Part shown: one piece after another, positions 9,168-17,794 of the stretch
How positions within the stretch are numbered: position 1 is the stretch's first letter
Layout of the letters: each line of letters opens with the position of its first letter
NCBI GenBank assembly: GCA_017473775.1
Contig: JAFUJH010000050.1
Span: forward strand, 3,455 to 67,454
Length of the DNA stretch: 64,000 nucleotides
Origin: Ruminococcus sp.
Lineage (GTDB): Bacteria; Bacillota; Clostridia; Oscillospirales; Acutalibacteraceae
Direction: 5' to 3'
The notes under the pieces: model-generated
What the model was told of the DNA's origin: nothing
The model's database searches: none
What the model saw: only the letters and a program-made list of their open reading frames with translations
Program-made: the position numbers and the translations under genes

Positions 9168-9848
9168 ATGAGTTTTCTTGAAGTAACGCAGTGGTTGTTG
9201 GAGGGCTTCTCCACAACTTTACTGCTGTTTGCATTTACACTTATTTTGTCCCTGCCATTGGGGCTTGTGCTGATGTTCGGCACAACTACAAAGTTCTGGC
9301 CCGTAAAGATTCTGACCCGTGCTTTTGTGTATATTATCCGAGGTACACCCCTGATGCTTCAGCTGATGGTGGTATATTATATCCCCGGTATTGTGTTCCA
9401 TTACTCTGTGCTCAAGTGGCCTATCTTCGGCGGTAATGTGCCTTTGGCACAGTTTTGCTGTGCACTGTTTACCTTTGTGATGAACTATGCCTGCTACTTC
9501 TCTGAGATTTACAGAGGCGGCATACAGAGTATTCCCAAAGGTCAGTACGAGGCAGGTCAGGTGCTTGGAATGACAAAGAGTCAGGTGTTCTTTAAGGTTA
9601 TTCTTCTGCAGGTTGTGAAGAATATACTGGCACCTGTCAGCAACGAGACTATCACACTTGTCAAGGACACAGCGTTGGCAAATATCATTGCGGTTACAGA
9701 GATTATCTTCTTTGCGGAGCGTGCACTGAATCTGCATAATATTATCTGGCCTATGTTCTACACAGGTGTGTTCTATCTGGGATTCAATGCACTACTGACC
9801 TTTATTTTCAACAGACTTGAGCGTAAGCTGTCTTACATCAGGAGTTAA
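9168..9848 (+). CDS. Amino-acid ABC transporter permease
   Basis: Multi-TM protein with a HisM/GlnP-like EAA-loop region. ATG at 9168. Confidence 0.85.
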   Translation: MSFLEVTQWLLEGFSTTLLLFAFTLILSLPLGLVLMFGTTTKFWPVKILTRAFVYIIRGTPLMLQLMVVYYIPGIVFHYSVLKWPIFGGNVPLAQFCCALFTFVMNYACYFSEIYRGGIQSIPKGQYEAGQVLGMTKSQVFFKVILLQVVKNILAPVSNETITLVKDTALANIIAVTEIIFFAERALNLHNIIWPMFYTGVFYLGFNALLTFIFNRLERKLSYIRS

Positions 9849-9851
9849 GTT

Positions 9852-10637
9852 ATGGCGATACTTGAAGTTAAAAATATACATAAAAGCTTTGGCAAGGAGC
9901 AGGTGCTCAAGGGCATAGACCTGAGCCTTGAGAAAGGCGAGGTACTGGCTATTATCGGCTCCTCAGGCTCGGGCAAGACCACACTGCTTCGGTGTATAAA
10001 CTTCCTTGAGCGTGCAGACAAGGGTGAGATATGTGTGAATTCTCAGGTTATCTTTGATGCACAGAGAGAGAAGAAGTACACAGAGGCAGAGATAAGACGA
10101 AGCAGGCTTAACTTTGGTCTTGTTTTTCAGCAGTTTAACCTGTTCCCTCAGTATACAGTGCACCGCAACCTGACGCTGGCGGCGGAGATGTTGGAGGCAA
10201 AGGGACTCAAGGGTGAGGACAAGAAAAGGGTGCTTTCTGAGATTGCAAGCCGTGCTGATAAGTTACTTGAGCAGGTGGGACTTTCTGAGAAGAAGGGTGC
10301 ATATCCTGTGGAGCTGTCAGGCGGTCAGCAGCAGAGAGTTGCCATTGCAAGAGCTCTGATGCTTTCGCCTCAGATTCTGTGCTTTGACGAGCCTACCTCG
10401 GCACTTGACCCCGAGCTTACAGGTGAGGTGCTCCGAGTTATCGAGAATCTGAGAGGCGACGACCGTACAATGATTGTTGTTACTCACGAGATGGAGTTTG
10501 CAAGGAAGGTTGCAACCCGTGTTATATTTATGGCAGACGGAGTTATTGAGGAGGAGGGAGACCCTGAGGAGGTCTTCACAAATCCCAAGAGCGAAAAGCT
10601 CAGGAGCTTCCTCAGTTCATCGCTGGAAAAGTTCTGA
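9852..10637 (+). CDS. Amino-acid ABC transporter ATP-binding protein
   Basis: Walker A GSSGSGKTT, signature LSGGQQQR, Walker B ILCFDEPTSALD. Confidence 0.9.
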   Translation: MAILEVKNIHKSFGKEQVLKGIDLSLEKGEVLAIIGSSGSGKTTLLRCINFLERADKGEICVNSQVIFDAQREKKYTEAEIRRSRLNFGLVFQQFNLFPQYTVHRNLTLAAEMLEAKGLKGEDKKRVLSEIASRADKLLEQVGLSEKKGAYPVELSGGQQQRVAIARALMLSPQILCFDEPTSALDPELTGEVLRVIENLRGDDRTMIVVTHEMEFARKVATRVIFMADGVIEEEGDPEEVFTNPKSEKLRSFLSSSLEKF

Positions 10638-10646
10638 TAAAATATT

Positions 10647-10733
10647 GTAGGGATGAGCACTGCTCGTCCGTTAAAAGGAGCAGGAGCAATCCTGCTCCTT
10701 TTTTATGCTGTAGGGACGGGCACTGCCCGTCCG
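10647..10733 (-). repeat. Two type B REP-like hairpins (GTAG form) bracketing the ABC-operon terminator
   Basis: GTAGGGATGAGCActgCTCGTCCg (10647-10670) and GTAGGGACGGGCActgCCCGTCCg (10710-10733). Confidence 0.8.
10677..10704 (+). terminator. Rho-independent terminator of the ABC transporter operon
   Basis: GGAGCAGGA gcaa TCCTGCTCC followed by TTTTTT. Confidence 0.8.
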
Positions 10734-10787
10734 TGCTTTTTGTTTGTTAAAGGGTGATAAAAGATATTTGTAATAAGGGAAATTACA

Positions 10788-11012
10788 GGTGGAGGAATCT
10801 CTCCCTCCGTCTTTTGCCTTCGGCAAAATCCACCTCCCTCAATCAGAGGGAGGCTAAATAAGCTTCCCTCTGTGAGGGAAGTGGCATTTGCGTAGCAAAT
10901 GACGAAGGGAGTCAAAGTAAAAGCATGGTTTAACTCCCTCGGTCAAAACCTTGCGGTTTTGCCAGCTCCCTCTTGGAGGGAGCCTATTTAAGTTTCCCTT
11001 TGCGAGGGAGTG
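10788..11012. repeat. Composite type A repeat: an inverted module 1 followed by a direct full copy
   Basis: 10788-10855 is the reverse complement of module 1 and matches the 53204 copy apart from a 1-nt indel. 10861-11012 is a direct copy (agtggCATTTGCgtaGCAAATGacgaagggag ... ctccctcggtCAAAACCttgcGGTTTTGccagctccctcttggagggagcc). Confidence 0.85.
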
Positions 11013-11029
11013 TTTTTGTGCGAAAATAC

Positions 11030-11059
11030 TTGATGTATGCTATAGATGTGTGGTATAAT
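11030..11059 (+). promoter_or_regulatory. Sigma-A type promoter for proBA
   Basis: TTGATG, 18-nt spacer, TGgTATAAT. Confidence 0.45.
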
Positions 11060-11095
11060 TACTTGATTATATTTTTATAATAGGGGATGTAGTAA

Positions 11096-11878
11096 GTGAA
11101 CCTGAACAGAATAGTAGTCAAGGTGGGTACCTCCACCCTTACATATGATAACGGAAAGGTAAACCTCAGAAGAATTGACAAGCTCTGCAAGGTGCTGTCC
11201 GATTTGCACAATCAGGGCAAGGAAATTATCCTTGTTTCCTCAGGTGCTATCGGCGTTGGTGTGGGCAAGATGGGATTGCCTAAGAAGCCCGATTCCACTC
11301 CAGAGAAGCAGGCGCTTGCCGCAATAGGTCAGTGTGAGCTGATGTTTATGTATGATAAGCTTTTCGGCGAGTACAACAATATGGTGGCTCAGGTGCTTCT
11401 GACCCGCGATGCAGTGGACTCTGAGCACAAGAAGGAAAATGTGCTTAACACCTTCAACACTCTGCTTTCTATGGGTATTATTCCCATTGTAAATGAGAAT
11501 GATACAGTGGCTATTGATGAGCTGGAGGGACACAACTTCGGCGATAACGATATGCTGTCTGCGATTGTTGCAAAGCTTGTGGGTGCGGATGCACTTGTAA
11601 TACTCACTGACATTGACGGATTGTATGACTCAGACCCCAGAAAGAACAAGGATGCAAAACGCCTGGAGAGGGTTGAGAGAATTACAGAGGATATTGAGAA
11701 TATGGCAGGAGGCACAGGCTCCAACCGAGGTACAGGCGGTATGACTACCAAACTTCAAGCAGCAAAGTATGTAACTGAGTCAGGCATTGATTGCTATGTT
11801 ATCTGCGGTGACGACCCTCAGCATATTTACGATGTAACTGACGGCAAATCTGTAGGCACACTGTTCTGCAAAAACTGA
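11096..11878 (+). CDS. proB: Glutamate 5-kinase (short form without PUA domain)
   Basis: GTG start. Amino-acid kinase fold motifs (VVKVGTSTLT, VSSGAIG, NENDT), 260 aa. Confidence 0.9.
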   Translation: MNLNRIVVKVGTSTLTYDNGKVNLRRIDKLCKVLSDLHNQGKEIILVSSGAIGVGVGKMGLPKKPDSTPEKQALAAIGQCELMFMYDKLFGEYNNMVAQVLLTRDAVDSEHKKENVLNTFNTLLSMGIIPIVNENDTVAIDELEGHNFGDNDMLSAIVAKLVGADALVILTDIDGLYDSDPRKNKDAKRLERVERITEDIENMAGGTGSNRGTGGMTTKLQAAKYVTESGIDCYVICGDDPQHIYDVTDGKSVGTLFCKN

Positions 11879-11914
11879 TTTATTAACGATACTCTAAAAA
11901 GGAGACTACATATT

Positions 11915-13162
11915 ATGACTATGATTGAAATGGGAAAAAGAGCAAAGGAAGCATCCCGTGTGCTTTCCTGTGCAAAAAGTGACGAGAAGACCAAGGCACT
12001 GCTTGCTCTGGCTGATGCACTTGAAGCGCAGTGCGACTATATTCTTGCTGAAAATCAAAAGGATTTGGATGCAGGCAAGGCAAACGGAATGAGCGACGCT
12101 CTCCTTGACAGACTTGCACTGAGCGTCTCCCGTGTGTCATCAATGGCACAGGGTGCCCGTCAGGTGGCGGCATTCCCTGACCCTATCGGCACTGTGCTCA
12201 GTGGTAACACACTGCCTAACGGACTTGAGGTTACAAAGGTGAGAGTTCCTTTGGGCGTAATCGGTATTATATATGAGGCTCGTCCCAATGTTACAGCTGA
12301 TGCGGCAGCACTGTGCCTTAAATCAGGCAATGCAGTTATTCTCAGAGGCGGTAAAGAGGCTATCAACTCTAATATGGCTGTGGCTAAGGTTATGCGTAAG
12401 GCTATTGAGGAAGCAGGTTTGCCTGCTGATTGTGTACAGCTTGTAGAGGATACCTCACGCCAGAGCTCAATTGAGCTTATGGGACTGACAGATTACCTTG
12501 ATGTGCTTATTCCCCGTGGTGGTGCAGGACTTATCAAAGCAACAGTAGAGAATGCAAAGGTGCCTGTTATTGAGACAGGTGCAGGTAACTGCCATGTCTA
12601 TATTGACGAGTTTGCAGATATTCAGATGGCGGCAGATATTGTATTTAATGCAAAAACCTCTCGTCCCTCTGTGTGTAATGCTATAGAGACCGTACTTGTA
12701 CACAAGAATATTGCAGATAAAGCACTGCCTGCTATGAAGGCTGAGCTTGACAAAATGAATGTGGAAATCCGCGGATGTGACAGGACACGCGAAGTCCTCG
12801 GTGATAGTGTTGTGCCTGCAACTGAGGAGGACTACTATACCGAATATCACGATTATATCCTTGCAGTGAAGGTTGTCAGCAGTATTGACGAGGCTGTATC
12901 TCATATTGCAAAGTACTCAACAGGTCACAGCGAATGTATCGTGACAGAGAATTACAACAACGCCAATCTGTTCACCAAGCAGGTGGATTCTGCGGCAGTT
13001 TATGTTAATGCTTCTACCCGTTTTACTGACGGCGGAGAGTTCGGATTAGGTGCTGAAATCGGCATCTCAACACAAAAACTCCATGCCAGAGGCCCGATGG
13101 GTATCAACGAGCTTACCAGCATGAAGTTTATTATCAAGGGCAATGGTCAGGTCAGAGTCTGA
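11915..13162 (+). CDS. proA: Gamma-glutamyl phosphate reductase
   Basis: 415 aa with the aldehyde-dehydrogenase-like catalytic-Cys region (PSVCNAIETVLVH). Adjacent to proB. Confidence 0.9.
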   Translation: MTMIEMGKRAKEASRVLSCAKSDEKTKALLALADALEAQCDYILAENQKDLDAGKANGMSDALLDRLALSVSRVSSMAQGARQVAAFPDPIGTVLSGNTLPNGLEVTKVRVPLGVIGIIYEARPNVTADAAALCLKSGNAVILRGGKEAINSNMAVAKVMRKAIEEAGLPADCVQLVEDTSRQSSIELMGLTDYLDVLIPRGGAGLIKATVENAKVPVIETGAGNCHVYIDEFADIQMAADIVFNAKTSRPSVCNAIETVLVHKNIADKALPAMKAELDKMNVEIRGCDRTREVLGDSVVPATEEDYYTEYHDYILAVKVVSSIDEAVSHIAKYSTGHSECIVTENYNNANLFTKQVDSAAVYVNASTRFTDGGEFGLGAEIGISTQKLHARGPMGINELTSMKFIIKGNGQVRV

Positions 13163-13183
13163 GCCACTCATATAAATTGAATA

Positions 13184-13522
13184 TCAGATTATAAGATACA
13201 GCAGTGCCAGTATCAGAGACGGGTCTGAGGACTCCTCTGAGGTCAGAATCAGTATGAGTACAAGGATGAGGAGCTTTTCTTTATCTTCAAACAGTGTGCT
13301 CAGTAAGTCGGAGTTCTGAGTGCTTAAAGGTTGTGCAGGAGTAAGAGGCTGAGTTACTTTGCTGTCAGCGCTTTCTTGAGCCTGTTTGTTTGAATGAGTC
13401 GGCTCTCTTGGGGTGCTCTGACTCTGGTTTTTACCTTGTGTGGGATTGGTGCTTTTGTTTGGGCTTTGACCCCGTTGCATTTCTCTTGCACGCATCAGTG
13501 CTTCGTATTCGATTGAGTCCAC
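13184..13522 (-). CDS. Hypothetical small protein: Q/S/T/P-rich with a hydrophobic C-terminal tail
   Basis: GTG start behind AAGGAG. Low-complexity middle and a C-terminal LLILVLILILTSEESSDPSLILALLYLII tail. No family recognised. Confidence 0.4.
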   Translation of the reverse strand: MDSIEYEALMRAREMQRGQSPNKSTNPTQGKNQSQSTPREPTHSNKQAQESADSKVTQPLTPAQPLSTQNSDLLSTLFEDKEKLLILVLILILTSEESSDPSLILALLYLII

Positions 13523-13540
13523 TTAATCACTCCTTAGTAT

Positions 13541-13664
13541 AGCCTGCTCTCTGTTGAGGGAGCCTACTCCCTCAGTCAGCCTTGCGGCTGACAGCTCCCT
13601 CAAAGAGGGAGCCTACTCCCTCAGTCAGCCTTGCGGCTGACAGCTCCCTCAAAGAGGGAGCCTA
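13541..13664 (+). repeat. Type A module 2 present as a perfect 49-bp tandem duplication
   Basis: Units 13564-13612 and 13613-13661 are identical (ctactccctcagtcagccttgcggctgacagctccctcaaagagggagc). The array directly abuts the stop codon at 13662. Confidence 0.9.
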
Positions 13665-14090
13665 AAACAGACCTGTGTTTCTGAGCTTTGGCAGTATACG
13701 CATTACTCTCAGCATCTTGCCTGCTTCGTCAAGGCGACGGCGTTTGTCTCCTGACAAAAAGGGCCGCAGTGAATTCAGCAGAGCGGTTGCTTCGTCGTCG
13801 TTGTTCATACCTGACAGCAAGGGCATAATTCTGGCAAGACTCTGCATTGTGTCAGGGGATATAGAATTTGCAAGTCCCGTTTGAGGGGGATTCTGAGAGC
13901 TGTTGTTTGTTGAGCCCAGAAGCCCCGACAGTGCAGAAAGGTCAAAGGATGGTGTAGCAGGCGGTGCTTGCTTGTGAGGAGTGTTACCTGTGTTACCTGT
14001 AAGCCCCAGCTCCTGACCGAGAGAGCGAAGCTTGCTGACAGCCTCGGGGTCTGACAGCACAGAGGAGAAGATATCCTGCAGGTTATCCAT
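13662..14090 (-). CDS. Hypothetical protein, low complexity
   Basis: 142 aa. Overlaps the upstream gene by 8 nt and shares an LSDPE motif with it. No family recognised. Confidence 0.45.
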   Translation of the reverse strand: MDNLQDIFSSVLSDPEAVSKLRSLGQELGLTGNTGNTPHKQAPPATPSFDLSALSGLLGSTNNSSQNPPQTGLANSISPDTMQSLARIMPLLSGMNNDDEATALLNSLRPFLSGDKRRRLDEAGKMLRVMRILPKLRNTGLF

Positions 14091-14319
14091 TTGAGCTCAG
14101 CATCCTGATAAGTGCTTGCACCTGAGGATTCTCCATAATTTTTCGGGTTTGCTCAGGGTCTGACAGGATGGACTTCAGCTTCGTTTGCTGTTGTGGTGAC
14201 AGATTACCCGTCAAGGCGTCAATGTTGCCTGCTTGTGCAGAGCTTTTTATCTCCTCGGGGGATTTGCCAAGCTTTTGTGACAGCATTGAGAGAAACTCGT
14301 TTTGCTTATTATTTTCCAT
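14083..14319 (-). CDS. Hypothetical small protein
   Basis: ATG at 14319 behind GAGGTG (MENNKQNEF...). 78 aa, helical and charged. No family recognised. Confidence 0.45.
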   Translation of the reverse strand: MENNKQNEFLSMLSQKLGKSPEEIKSSAQAGNIDALTGNLSPQQQTKLKSILSDPEQTRKIMENPQVQALIRMLSSNG

Positions 14320-14378
14320 AGATAACACCTCACTCTACAATATGATTGTCATTTATATATTATGACAGAAAGGCGATT

Positions 14379-14849
14379 ATGCGAATTTTAGTTTTATCTG
14401 ATTCCCACGGAATGTACAGCAACATGAGACGCGTGGTTATGAAGCATAATGACGCGGAGGTTATTATTTTCTGCGGTGACGGTGCAGAGGATATCGAAGA
14501 AATCAAGAGAGAGTTTACAGACAGAATGATTATTGCTGTAAGAGGTAATTGTGATTTCTGCTGTAGCAATAAAAATGTAGAAACAATTACCCTTGAGGGT
14601 AAGAAGCTGTTTATTACCCACGGACATCTGTACGGTGTCAAGGGGGGATTGTATACCCTTGCCTGTGCCGCAAGGGAGGCAGAAGCTGACATTGCAATTT
14701 TCGGTCATACACATATGCCCACAGAAATATACGACGATGGTCTGTATCTCTTTAATCCCGGCAGTATTATGGGGTATGAGGGCTCATACGGGCTGATTGA
14801 TATTACTCCCGCAGGGATAATGACAAATACTGTGAAATTTTCAAGATGA
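14379..14849 (+). CDS. YfcE/MJ0936-family metallophosphoesterase
   Basis: MRILVLSDSHG, GDG, GNCD and HGH motifs. Confidence 0.8.
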   Translation: MRILVLSDSHGMYSNMRRVVMKHNDAEVIIFCGDGAEDIEEIKREFTDRMIIAVRGNCDFCCSNKNVETITLEGKKLFITHGHLYGVKGGLYTLACAAREAEADIAIFGHTHMPTEIYDDGLYLFNPGSIMGYEGSYGLIDITPAGIMTNTVKFSR

Positions 14850-14911
14850 TTTTTTCTGTAGAAAAATCAGATGTTTTATGATACAATACGAAAAGGTGAG
14901 GTGAGGCATAA

Positions 14912-15778
14912 GTGAATTTTCTCGGATTTGAAGGCGGAGAAGCTGTGAAGGCTCAGCTTGATTCTATGGAGAAAAGCCGCAGAATGCCTCACGCAATAAT
15001 CGTTACAGGAGGCAGTGACAGCACACGGGAGGCGTTTGCAATGCTTCTTTGCAAGTGGGCTGTGTGTGCAAGTGACGGAGAAAGACCCTGTGGCGAGTGT
15101 TCGGGGTGTCACAAGGCAGAGGGCAAAAATCATATTGATATTTACTATGCAAAGGGCTCGGGCAAGACGGACGGTATTTCTGTAGAAGAAATAAGAAATA
15201 TCACACGAGACACCGCTATAATGCCTCACGAGGCACACAGGAAGGTTTATGTGTTGTTTAATGCTGACAGGCGTATGGGTAATGAATCCATGAATGCATT
15301 CCTGAAAACTCTGGAGGAGCCTATGCAGGATATACTGTTTATCCTGACAGCAGAGAATATAAAGGCTGTGCCCCAGACCATACTCTCCAGATGCACCTGC
15401 TTGACTCTTGACAGTGTCAGTGAGGTGCCCCAAGAGATAAAGGATATTGCCCGTGAGATTTTGCTTTCAATCATAGCTTCTACAGAGCTTCCTCTATTGA
15501 AGGCTACAAGTGCTCTCAGCACCCGACAGGTTGCACTGGAAGTTCTCCCTGTTATAAGGGAGGTTCTCTGTGATGCACTGAGTGTATCAGTGGGAGCAAA
15601 GCCCTTGTTTGATGAGGAGCTTGCCGTACAGCTTCGGCAGAGACTGACTAAGAGTAAGATAATAAGGCTCATTGATGTAACAAGTGACGCCATTAATAAA
15701 ACCAACCGCAATGTAAGTCTTGTGCTTATTTCCACTTGGCTATGCGGAGAATACAGGAGGATATCATGGCAGATGTAG
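14912..15778 (+). CDS. holB: DNA polymerase III delta-prime subunit
   Basis: GTG start. PHAIIVTG, the zinc module CGECSGCHK, and the SRC motif (ILSRCT). Confidence 0.8.
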   Translation: MNFLGFEGGEAVKAQLDSMEKSRRMPHAIIVTGGSDSTREAFAMLLCKWAVCASDGERPCGECSGCHKAEGKNHIDIYYAKGSGKTDGISVEEIRNITRDTAIMPHEAHRKVYVLFNADRRMGNESMNAFLKTLEEPMQDILFILTAENIKAVPQTILSRCTCLTLDSVSEVPQEIKDIAREILLSIIASTELPLLKATSALSTRQVALEVLPVIREVLCDALSVSVGAKPLFDEELAVQLRQRLTKSKIIRLIDVTSDAINKTNRNVSLVLISTWLCGEYRRISWQM

Positions 15779-16632
15779 TAGGTGTCCGCTTCAAAGAAGT
15801 GGGCAAGATATATTATTTTGCACCCGGTGAGGAGCAGTTCTCTATTGGTGACAGAGTTATAGTTGAAACAGCCAGAGGTGTTGAGTGCGGTGTGATTGCC
15901 GCCGGCAATAAGGTTGTTCCTGATGAGGAGATTGTGCATCCTTTGAAGGATATTATCCGCAAGGCAACCGAGGCTGACCTTAAAAAGCTTGAGAACAACA
16001 AGGTGCTGGAGAAGAAGGCCTTTGACATTGCTGTGAAGAAGATTGAGCAGCACGGGCTGGAGATGAAGCTTGTTAATGTAGAGTATACCTTTGACGGAAG
16101 CAAGGTACTGTTCTACTTTACTGCTGACGGCAGAGTTGACTTCAGAGCACTGGTCAAGGATTTGGCTTCTGTGTTCAAGACAAGAATAGAGCTCAGACAG
16201 ATTGGCGTGCGCGACGAGGCTAAGATGCTGGGCGGACTTGGCGTTTGCGGTAAGCAGTTCTGCTGTTCAAGTTTTATGGGTGAGTTTGCACCTGTTTCTA
16301 TCAAAATGGCTAAGGAGCAGGGACTGTCACTTTCTCCTGTGAAGATTTCAGGCACCTGCGGACGGCTTATGTGCTGTCTTAAATATGAGCAGGATGCATA
16401 TACTGATTTGCTCAGGAATACACCTAAGTACGGAGCTATTGTCAAGACTCCTCAGGGTAAGGGTACTGTTGTTGAGGTTAGCCTGCTGACAGGTATGCTC
16501 AAGGTCAAGATGGATAACACTCCTGCAGAGGCTGCACCCCAGTCCTTCAGTGTTAAGGATGTGAGAATCATCAAGGACGGTACTATCCGTGTGGATAAGA
16601 AGGAACTTGCAGAGCTGAAGGACCTTGAATGA
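15766..16632 (+). CDS. ricT: PSP1-domain protein RicT/YaaT
   Basis: PSP1 C-terminal domain and a Cys-rich stretch (GVCGKQFCCSSF...CGRLMCCLKYE). Follows holB, as in Bacillus. Confidence 0.85.
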   Translation: MADVVGVRFKEVGKIYYFAPGEEQFSIGDRVIVETARGVECGVIAAGNKVVPDEEIVHPLKDIIRKATEADLKKLENNKVLEKKAFDIAVKKIEQHGLEMKLVNVEYTFDGSKVLFYFTADGRVDFRALVKDLASVFKTRIELRQIGVRDEAKMLGGLGVCGKQFCCSSFMGEFAPVSIKMAKEQGLSLSPVKISGTCGRLMCCLKYEQDAYTDLLRNTPKYGAIVKTPQGKGTVVEVSLLTGMLKVKMDNTPAEAAPQSFSVKDVRIIKDGTIRVDKKELAELKDLE

Positions 16633-16767
16633 TAAAAGCATAAATGCACTCCTTATGTAGAAAAATTTAGTTTTTACAGGGAATTTCAGAAAAATGCGTC
16701 AAAGTAATTGCATTTTCTGAAAAGTGTGCTACAATTATATTTAGAAATTTAAAGGAGGTGCCTTCCA

Positions 16768-16938
16768 ATGGCATATGTTATTAATGATGATTGCATTTCC
16801 TGCGGCGCATGCGCAGATGAGTGCCCCTGTGGCGCAATCTCCGAGGGCGACAGCAAGTATGTTATCGATGCAGATCTCTGCGCAGATTGCGGTGCTTGTG
16901 CTGATGCTTGCCCCGTTGGTGCTCCTAACGAGGAGTAA
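16768..16938 (+). CDS. Clostridial 2x[4Fe-4S] ferredoxin (56 aa; below the ORF-track cutoff)
   Basis: MAYVINDDCISCGACADECPCGAISEGDSKYVIDADLCADCGACADACPVGAPNEE. Two CxxCxxCxxxCP motifs and an AAGGAGG RBS. Confidence 0.85.
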   Translation: MAYVINDDCISCGACADECPCGAISEGDSKYVIDADLCADCGACADACPVGAPNEE

Positions 16939-16961
16939 TTCTCTTAAAGAGGAATGTAACT

Positions 16962-17009
16962 GCACCCCGCAGGCTTAATTTTATGCCTGTTCGGGGTGCT
17001 GTTCTTCTA
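16962..17009 (+). terminator. Terminator after the ferredoxin gene
   Basis: GCACCCCGcAGGC ... GCCTgttCGGGGTGC, followed by a T-rich tail. Confidence 0.65.
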
Positions 17010-17042
17010 TATGGACTATTTTGATTTTTGGCAGGTGCTCAG

Positions 17043-17792
17043 ATGCTTAAAGCTACAGAACACCTTGAGCCTTTGGGCTCGGGTATAGAGATTATAGTAA
17101 GCAGAGACTTTCATTTTACAACAGATACAATACTGCTTGCAGACTTTGCAAACCATAGAAAGAGTGACAAGGCGGTGGATTTGTGCACAGGCTGTGGTAC
17201 TATCCCAATGCTGTGGATGCGTAAAGATGCTCCCAAAGAGGTCTACGCGGTGGAGATTTTTGAGGAAGGCACAGATATGCTTGCAAGGACAGTAAAGCTT
17301 AACGGACTCACAGAGGTTGTAAAGCCTGTGTGTGCTGACATCAAGGAGCTCAAGGGTAAGCTCCCCTTCGGCTACTTTGACCTTGTTACCTGCAATCCTC
17401 CTTACAAGCTGTCAGGGGGAGGCATTGAAAGCGAAGAAAAGCACGAGCTTGTTGCACGGCACGAGAATATGTGCAACCTTGAGGATGTAATTGCAACAGG
17501 TGCAAAACTTCTGCAGTTTTCTGGCAGGCTGTGTATTTGTCAGCGTCCCGAGAGGCTCACGGATGCCATGGAGCTTATGCGTAAATATGATGTGGAGCCC
17601 AAGAGGCTGAGGTTTGTTCAGGGCAAAAGTCACAAGGCTCCCAAGCTGTTTTTGCTTGAGGGCAAGCGAGGCTCAAAGAAAGGCAACCTTGTGGTGCTGC
17701 CCACACTTATTGTGGAGGAGGACGCAGGGGGCTTTACTAAGGAAATGAATGAAATCTACGGCACCTACAAAGACGGTGCAGGGAGTAAGTGA
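17043..17792 (+). CDS. SAM-dependent methyltransferase, tRNA (adenine-N6) TrmN6/YabB-like
   Basis: DLCTGCG SAM-binding motif and the NPPY catalytic motif. Synteny with rsmI. Confidence 0.75.
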   Translation: MLKATEHLEPLGSGIEIIVSRDFHFTTDTILLADFANHRKSDKAVDLCTGCGTIPMLWMRKDAPKEVYAVEIFEEGTDMLARTVKLNGLTEVVKPVCADIKELKGKLPFGYFDLVTCNPPYKLSGGGIESEEKHELVARHENMCNLEDVIATGAKLLQFSGRLCICQRPERLTDAMELMRKYDVEPKRLRFVQGKSHKAPKLFLLEGKRGSKKGNLVVLPTLIVEEDAGGFTKEMNEIYGTYKDGAGSK

Positions 17793-17794
17793 GT

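Noticed and set aside
10703-10915. 70-aa minus-strand ORF, and the similar ORFs at 19992-20129, 29803-30000 and 53083-53352
   Set aside because: They are composed almost entirely of type A/B repeat sequence, have no RBS, and yield the same pseudo-peptides in every copy. They are spurious translations of repeats.
13564-13661. Possible CRISPR array, suggested by identical 49-bp direct repeats
   Set aside because: There are only two units, they are directly adjacent with no spacers, and the unit is a member of the dispersed type A family. No cas genes are present in the window.
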